NCBI RefSeq assembly: GCF_009914755.1
Contig: NC_060933.1
Source of the DNA: the human T2T-CHM13v2.0 reference genome, Homo sapiens
Length of the DNA stretch: 64,000 nt
Reading direction: 5' to 3' (one strand)
Positions within the stretch are counted from its first letter, which is position 1. Each line of letters opens with the position of its first letter. Position numbers and translations under genes: made by a program. Below the pieces are notes generated by a model. That model searched no databases. It worked only from the letters and a program-made list of their open reading frames with translations, and was not told the DNA's origin. Shown in pieces: positions 57,106 through 64,000 of the stretch.

Positions 57106-60100
57106 TCTGGTTGATTCCAATGTATTCCTTTCCATTCCATTCCATTCCATTGCAATCGAGTTGATTCCATTGCTTTGCATTCCATTCCATTCCATTCCAT
57201 TCTGGATTATTCCATTTCATTGCTTTCCATTCCATTCCATTCCCCTGCACTTGGGTTGATTCCATTCCATTCCACTCCATTCCGTTCCATTCCATTCCAT
57301 TCCATTGTATTCGGGTTAATTCCATTCCATTCCATTCCATTCCATTCCATTCCATTACAGTCGAGTTGATTCCATTCCATTCCATTCCATTCCAGTCCTT
57401 TCCATTCCATTCCACTCGGGTTGATTCCATTCTATTAGTTTCCATTCCATTCCATTCCCTTCCATTCCACTCTGGTTGATTCCATTCCTTTCCATTCCAC
57501 TCGAATACATTCCCTCCTACTCCACTCGGAACGATTCCATTCCTTTCCATTCCATTCCATTCCATTCCATTCCATTCCATTTCGTTCCATTCCATTCTGT
57601 TCCGTATCATTCCATTCCATTCCATTCCACTCGTGTTGATTCCATTCCTTTCCATTCCATTCGGTTTGAAGGCATTCCATTCCATTCCATTCCATTCCAT
57701 TCCATTGTACTCGGGTTGATTCCATTCCATTGCATTCCATTCCATTCCATTCCATTCCATTCCGTTGCATTCCATTACATTCAGATTGATTCTATTCAAC
57801 TCCCTTACTCTCCATTACATTCCATTCCATTCGTGTTTTCCACTCCATTCCATTCCATTCCACTCCATTCCATTGCACTCGGGTTGATTCCATTCCATTC
57901 CATTCCATTCCATTCCATTCCGGATGATTCCATTCCATTGCATTCCGTTCCATTACATTCCCCTGCACTCGCGTTGATTCCATTCCATTCCATTCAATTC
58001 CATTCCATTACAATTCGTTCCATTCCATTCTATTCCGTACCATTCCATTCCATTCCATACCATTCCATTCCATTCCATTCCATTCCATTCCATTCCATTC
58101 CGTTCCATTGCATTCCATTCCATTCTATTCGGGTTAATTCCATTCCATTCCATTCCATTCCATTCTGTTCCATTCCATTGCAATCGAGTTGAATCCATTG
58201 CATTTCATTCCATTCAATTCCATTCCATTCCATTCCATTCCGGAAGATTCCATTCCATTGCATTTCATTCCATTCCATTCCCCTGCACTCGCGTTGATTC
58301 CATTCCATTCCATTCCATTCCATTCCGTTCCGTTCCGTTCCATTCCATTCCATTCCATTCCATTCCGTTCGGTTCCATTCCATTCCATTCCATTCCATTC
58401 TATTTGGGTTAATTCCATTCCATTGCATTCGATTGCAATCGAGTTGACTCCATTCCATTCCATTCCATTCCATTCCATTCCATTCCATTCCTTTCTATTC
58501 CATTACGGATGATTCCATTCCATTGCATTCCATTCCATTCCATTCCCCTGTACTCGGGTTGATTCCATTACATTCCATTCCAATCCATGCCATTCCACTC
58601 GTGTTGATTCCATTCTTTCCATTCCATTCAAGTTGAATCCATTCCATTGCATTCCATTCCATTGGATTCCATTCGACTGCACTCGGGTTGATTCCATTCC
58701 ATTCGATTCCATTCCATTCCATTCCGTTCCATTCCATTCCATTCCATTCCATTCCGATCCATTCCACTCTGTTCCGTTCCGTTCCATTCCATTCCATTCC
58801 ATTCTATTCGGGTTAATTCCATTCCATTCCATTCGATTGCAATCGAGTTGATTCCATTCCATTCTATTCCATTCCATTCCATTGCTTTCCATTCCATTAC
58901 GGATGATTCCATTCCATTGCATTCCATTCCATTCCATTCCCCTGTACTCGGGTTGATTCCATTCCATTCCATTCCAATCTATGCCATTCCACTCGTGTTG
59001 ATTCCATTCTTTCCATTCCATTCAAGTTGAATCCATTCCATTGCATTCCATTCCATTCCATTCCCCTGCAGTCGGGTTGATTCCATTCCATTCCATTCCA
59101 TTCCATTCCATTCCATTCCGTTCCTTTCCATTCCATTCCATTCCATTCTATTCGGGTTAATTCCATTCCATTCCATTCCATTCCATTCCAATCGAGTTGA
59201 TTCCATTCCATTCCTTTCCATTCCATTCCACTCCATTCCAGTCCTTTCCATTCCATTCCACTCGGGTTGATTCCAATGTATTCCTTTCCATTCCATTCCA
59301 TTCCATTGCAATCGAGTTGATTCCATTGCTTTGCATTCCATTCCATTCCATTCCATTCTGGATTATTCCATTCCATTGCATTCCATTCCATTCCATTCCC
59401 CTGCACTCGGGTTGATTCCATTCCATTCCACTCCATTCCGTTCCATTCCATTCCATTCCATTGTATTCGGGTTAATTCCATTCCATTCCATTCCATTCCA
59501 TTCCATTCCATTCCATTACAATCGAGTTGATTGCATTCCATTCCATTCCATTCCATTCCATTTCAGTCCTTTCCATTCCATTCCACTCGGGTTGATTCCA
59601 TTCTATTAGTTTCCATTCCATTCCATTCCCTTCCATTCCACTCTGGTTGATTCCATTCCTTTCCATTCCACTCGAATACATTCCCTCCTATTCCACTCGG
59701 AACAATTCCATTCCATTCCATTCCATTCCATTCCATTCCATTCCATTCCAGTTCGTTCCATTCCGTTCTATTCCGTACCATTCCATTCCATTCCATTCCT
59801 TTCCATTCCATTCCTTTCCACTCGTGTTGATTCCATTCCTTTCCATTCCATTCGGTTTGAAGAGATTCCATTCCATTCAATTCCATTCCATTCCATTCCA
59901 TTCCATTCTATTCCATTCTATTCCATTCCATTGCAATCGAGTTGAATCCATTGCCTTTCATTCCATTCCATTCCATTCCATTCCATTCCGGAAGATTCCA
60001 TTCCATTGCATTCCATTCCATTCCATTCCCCTGCACTCGCGTTGATTCCATTCCATTCCATTCCATTCCATTCCATTCCATTCCGTTCCGTTCCATTCCA

Positions 60101-63100
60101 TTCCATTCCATTCCATTCCATTCCGTTCCGTTCCATTCCATTCCATTCAATTCTATTCGGGTTAATTCCATTCCATTCCATTCGATTGCCATCGAGTTGA
60201 TTCCATTCCATTCCATTCCATTCCATTCCATTCCATTCCATTCCTTTCCATTCCATTACGGATGACTCCATTCCATTGCATTCCATTCCATTCCATTCCT
60301 CTGTACTCGGGTTGATTCCATTCCATTACATTCACCTCCATTCGGTTCCATTGCATTCCATTCTATTGCATTCCATTCTATTCGGGTTAATTCCATTCCA
60401 TTCTATTCCATTCCATTCGATTCCATTCCATTGCAATGGAGTTGATTCCATTCCATTCCATTCCATTCCGGATGATTCCATTCCATTGCATTCCATTCCA
60501 TTCCATTCCCCTGCACTCGGGTTGATTCCATTCCATTCCATTACATTACATTCCGTTCCATTCCATTCCATTCCATTCGGATTGATTTTATTCAATTCCC
60601 TTACACTCCATTACATTCCATTCCATTCGGGTAGTTTCCATTCCTTTCCATTCCATTCCTCTCTATTCCATTGCACTCGGGTTGATTCCATTCCATTCCA
60701 TTCCATTCCATTCCATTCCATTCCATTCCATTCCATTCCATTCCATTCCATTCCATTGTACTCGGGTTGATTCCATTCCATTGCATTCCATTCCATTCCA
60801 TTCCATTCCGTTCCATTCCATTACATTACATTCGGATTGATTCTATTCAACTCCCTTACTCTCCATTACATTCCATTCCATTCGGGTTGTTCCATTCCAT
60901 TCCATTCCATTCCATTCCACTCCATTCCATTGCACTCGGGTTGATTCCATTCCATTCCATGCCATTCCATTCCATTCCATCCCGGATGATTCCATTCCAT
61001 TGCATTCCGTTCCATTACATTACCCTGCACTCCGGTTGATTCCATTCCATTCCATTCGATTCCATTCGATTCCATTCCATTCCAATTAGTTCCATTCCAA
61101 TGTATTCCGTACCATTCCATTCCATTCCATACCATTCCATTCCATTCCATAGCATTCCATTCCATTCAATTCCATTCCATTACAATTCGTTCCATTCCAT
61201 TCTATTCCGTACCATTCCATTCCATTCCATTCCATTCCATTCCATTCCATTCCGTTCCATTCCATTCCATTCCATTCCGTTCCATTCCGTTCCATTCCAT
61301 TCCATTCCATTCCATTCTATTCGGGTTAATTCCATTCCATTCCATTCCATTCCATTCTGTTCCATTCCATTGCAAACGAGTTGAATCCATTGCATTTCAT
61401 TCCATTCCATTCCATTCCATTCCGAAAGATTCCATTCCATTGCATTCCATTCCATTCCATTCCCCTACACTCGCGTTGATTCCATTCCATTCCATTCCAT
61501 TCCATTCCGTTCCGTTATGTTCCGTTCCGTTCCATTCCATTCCATTCCATTCCATTCCGTTCCGTTCCATTCCATTCCATTCCATTCTATTTGGGTTAAT
61601 TCCATTCCATTCCATTCGATTGCAATCGAGTTGATTCCATTCCATTCCATTCCATTCCATTCCATTCCATTCCATTCCATTCCTTTCCATTCCATTACGG
61701 ATGATTCCATTCCATTGCATTCCATTCCATTCCTTTCCCCTGTACTCGGGTTGATTCCATTCCATTCCATTCCAATCCATGCCATTCCACTCGTGTTGAT
61801 TCCATTCTTTCCATTCCATTCAAGTTGAATCCATTCCATTGCATTGCATTCCATTCGATTCCATTCGATTGCACTCGGGTTGATTCCATTCCATTCCATT
61901 CCATTCCGTTCCATTCCATTCCATTCCGTTCCATTCCATTCCATTACATTCGGATTGATTCTATTCAATTCCCTTACACTCCATTACATTCCATTCCATT
62001 CGGGTAGTTTCCATTCCATTCCATTCCATTCCTCTCCATTCCATTGCACTCGGGTTGATTCCATTCCATTGCATTCCATTCCATTCCATTCAATTCCATT
62101 CCGTTCCATTCCATTCCATTACATTCGGAATTATTCTATTCAACTCCCTTACTCTCCATTACATTCCATTCCATTCGGGTTGTTCCATTCCATTCCATTC
62201 CATTCCACTCCATTCCATTGCACTCGGGTTGATTCCATTCCATTCCATTCCATTCCATTCCGGAAGATTCCATTCCATTGCATTCCATTACATTCCATTC
62301 CCCTGCACTCGCGTTGATTCCATTCCATTCCATTCCATTCCATTCCGTTCCTTTCCGTTCCATTCCATTCCATTCCATTCCATTCCGTTCCGTTCCGTTC
62401 CGTTCCATTCCATTCCATTCCATTCTATTCGGGTTAATTCCATTCCATTCCATTCGATTGCAATCGAGTTGATTCCATTCCATTCTATTCCATTCCATTC
62501 CATTCCATTCCATTCCATTCCTTTCCATTCCATTACGGATGATTCCATTCCATTGCATTCCATTCCATTCCATTCCCCTGTACTCTGGTTGATTCCATTC
62601 CATTCCATTCCAATAAATGCCATTCTACTCGTGTTGATTCCATTCTTTCCATTCCATTCAAGTTGAATCCATTCCATTGCATTCCATTCCATTCCATTCC
62701 CCTGCAGTCGGGTTGATTCCATTCCATTCCATTCCATTCCATTCCATTCCATCCCATTTCATTCCGTTCCGTTCCATTTAATTCCATTCCATTCTATTCG
62801 GGTTAATTCCATTCCATTCCACTCCATTCCATTCCATTCCATTCCATTCCATTCCATTCCAATCGAGTTGATTCCATTCCATTCCATTCCATTCCATTCC
62901 ACTCCATTCCAGTCCTTTCCATTCCATTCCACTCGGGTTGATTCCAATGTATTCCTTTCCAGTCCATTCCATTCCATTGCAATCGAGTTGATTCGATTGC
63001 TTTGCATTCCATTCCATTCCATTCCATTCCGGATGATTCCATTCCATTGCATTCCATTCCATTCCATTCCCCTGTACTCGGGTTTATTCCATTCCATTCC

Positions 63101-64000
63101 ACTCCATTCCGTTCCATTCCATTCCATTCCATTGTATTTGGGTTAATTCCATTCCATTCCATTCCATTCCATTCCATTCCATTCCATTTCAATCGAGTTG
63201 ATTCCATTCCATTCCATTCCATTCCATTCCATTCCATTCCAGTCCTTTCCATTCCATTCCACTCGGGTTGATTCCGTTCTATTAGTTTCCATTCCATTCC
63301 ATTCCCTTCCATTCCACTCTGGTTGATTCCATTCCTTTCGAATCCACTCGAATACATTCCCTCCTATTCCACTCGGAACGATTCCATTCCATTCCATTCC
63401 ATTCCATTCCATTCCATTCCATTCCATTCCATTTCTTTCCATTCCATTCTATTCCATACCATTTCATTCCATTCCATTCCATTCCATTCCATTCCATTCC
63501 ACTCGTGTTGATTCCATTCCTTTCCATTCCATTCGGTTTGAAGCCATTCCATTCCATTCCATTCCATTCCATTCCATTGTACTCAGGTTGATTCCATTCA
63601 ATTGCATTCCATTCCATTCCATTCCATTCCGTTCCATTCCATTCCATTACATTCGGATTGATTCTATTCAACTCCCTTACTCTCCATTACATTCCAATCC
63701 ATTCGGGTTGTTCCATTCCATTCCATTCCATTCCACTCCATTCCATTGCACTCGGGTTGATTCCATTCCATTCCATTCCATTCCATTCCATTCCATTCCG
63801 GATGATTCCATTCAATTACATTCCGTTCCATTACATTCCCCTGCACTCGCGTTGATTCATTCCATTCCATTCCATTCCACACCATTCCATTCCAATCCAT
63901 TCCATTCCATTCCATTCCATTCCATTCCGTTCCGTTCCATTCCGTTCCATTCCATTCCATTCTATTCGGGTTAATTCCATTCCATTCCATTCCATTCCAT

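Larger units (their letters stand above)
1..64000 (+). repeat. Human Satellite III (HSat3) pericentromeric array, (ATTCC/CATTC)n C-rich strand on +; probably HSat3B type
   Basis: Seen: well-conserved ATTCC pentamers across the entire window, interspersed with A(C/T)TCGGGTTG decamers and relatives. Established: this decamer-interspersed pentamer defines classical satellite 3, whereas HSat2 is dominated by CATTCGATTC. Subfamily and chromosome (e.g. 9q12 or acrocentric p-arms) are inferred and need alignment to T2T assemblies. Confidence 0.97.
1..64000 (-). ncRNA. Potential template for G-rich (GGAAU)n Satellite III lncRNA
   Basis: Established: HSat3 arrays (mainly 9q12) are transcribed by Pol II from the G-rich strand under HSF1 control, seeding nuclear stress bodies. 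Whether this locus is transcribed cannot be read from the sequence. Confidence 0.3.

Noticed and set aside
2564-62405. GTTCC runs (up to ~5 units, e.g. 56515-56544) as a separate satellite
   Set aside because: Local A>G variant spread by slippage, mostly just before the ATTCT-ATTCG-GGTTA word; part of the module grammar.
62612-62617. AATAAA on the + strand
   Set aside because: A singleton made by point changes in the AATCC-ATGCC word, on the C-rich strand, with no supporting context.
112-63990. Hundreds of ORFs on both strands (IPFHS and MEWNG repeats, up to ~346 aa)
   Set aside because: A stop-free 5-bp repeat gives the same pentapeptide in all three frames. The ORFs overlap in every frame and have no domain-like sequence. 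I used them only as alignment landmarks.
1-64000. CRISPR-like alternation of conserved words and spacers
   Set aside because: The intervening sequence is the ATTCC repeat itself rather than unique spacers, and there are no cas genes or leader.
1-64000. HSat2 (HSATII) or Y-chromosome DYZ1 assignment
   Set aside because: CATTCGATTC is rare and CATTCCATTC dominates. The pentamers are too well conserved for DYZ1 and there is no strict ~3.5 kb or ~1.8 kb period. The EcoRI sites I saw (941, 3519) are not periodic.
1-64000. Strand inversion or Alu/L1/other insertion
   Set aside because: No GGAAT-oriented tract, poly(A) tail or non-satellite stretch was found on reading through.
1-64000. EWS-FLI1 GGAA microsatellite or telomeric repeat
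   Set aside because: The unit is the 5-mer GGAAT, not tandem GGAA or TTAGGG.

Overview
The whole 64 kb is one uninterrupted, single-orientation array of classical human (hominid) Satellite III (HSat3). The + strand is C-rich (ATTCC)n and the - strand is G-rich (GGAAT)n. The array is punctuated every ~30-100 bp by in-phase words such as ACTCG-GGTTG, AATCG-AGTTG, ATTCG-GGTTA and GGATG/GGAAG. I see no genes, RNA genes, transposons, CRISPR arrays or strand inversions. All ORFs in the track (IPFHS on +, MEWNG on -) are translations of the pentamer. Private variants reveal nested structure: 5-bp unit, fixed ~55-bp modules, a loose ~3.3-4.3 kb superunit, and a recent ~21.0-21.3 kb macro-repeat (A ~7599-28857, B ~28858-49876, partial C ~49877-55740, plus the tail of an upstream copy at 1-340). 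Copy B carries a ~4.75 kb replacement block with a templated ~95-bp junction insert. The most interesting function-like signal is about 37 perfect three-unit heat-shock elements (aTTCc-gGAAn-nTTCc, counted by eye). Fifteen of them are followed on the G-rich strand by AATAAA at a short, narrowly distributed distance. This is a hypothesis, not a demonstrated system. All positions and counts were read by eye and need computational confirmation.
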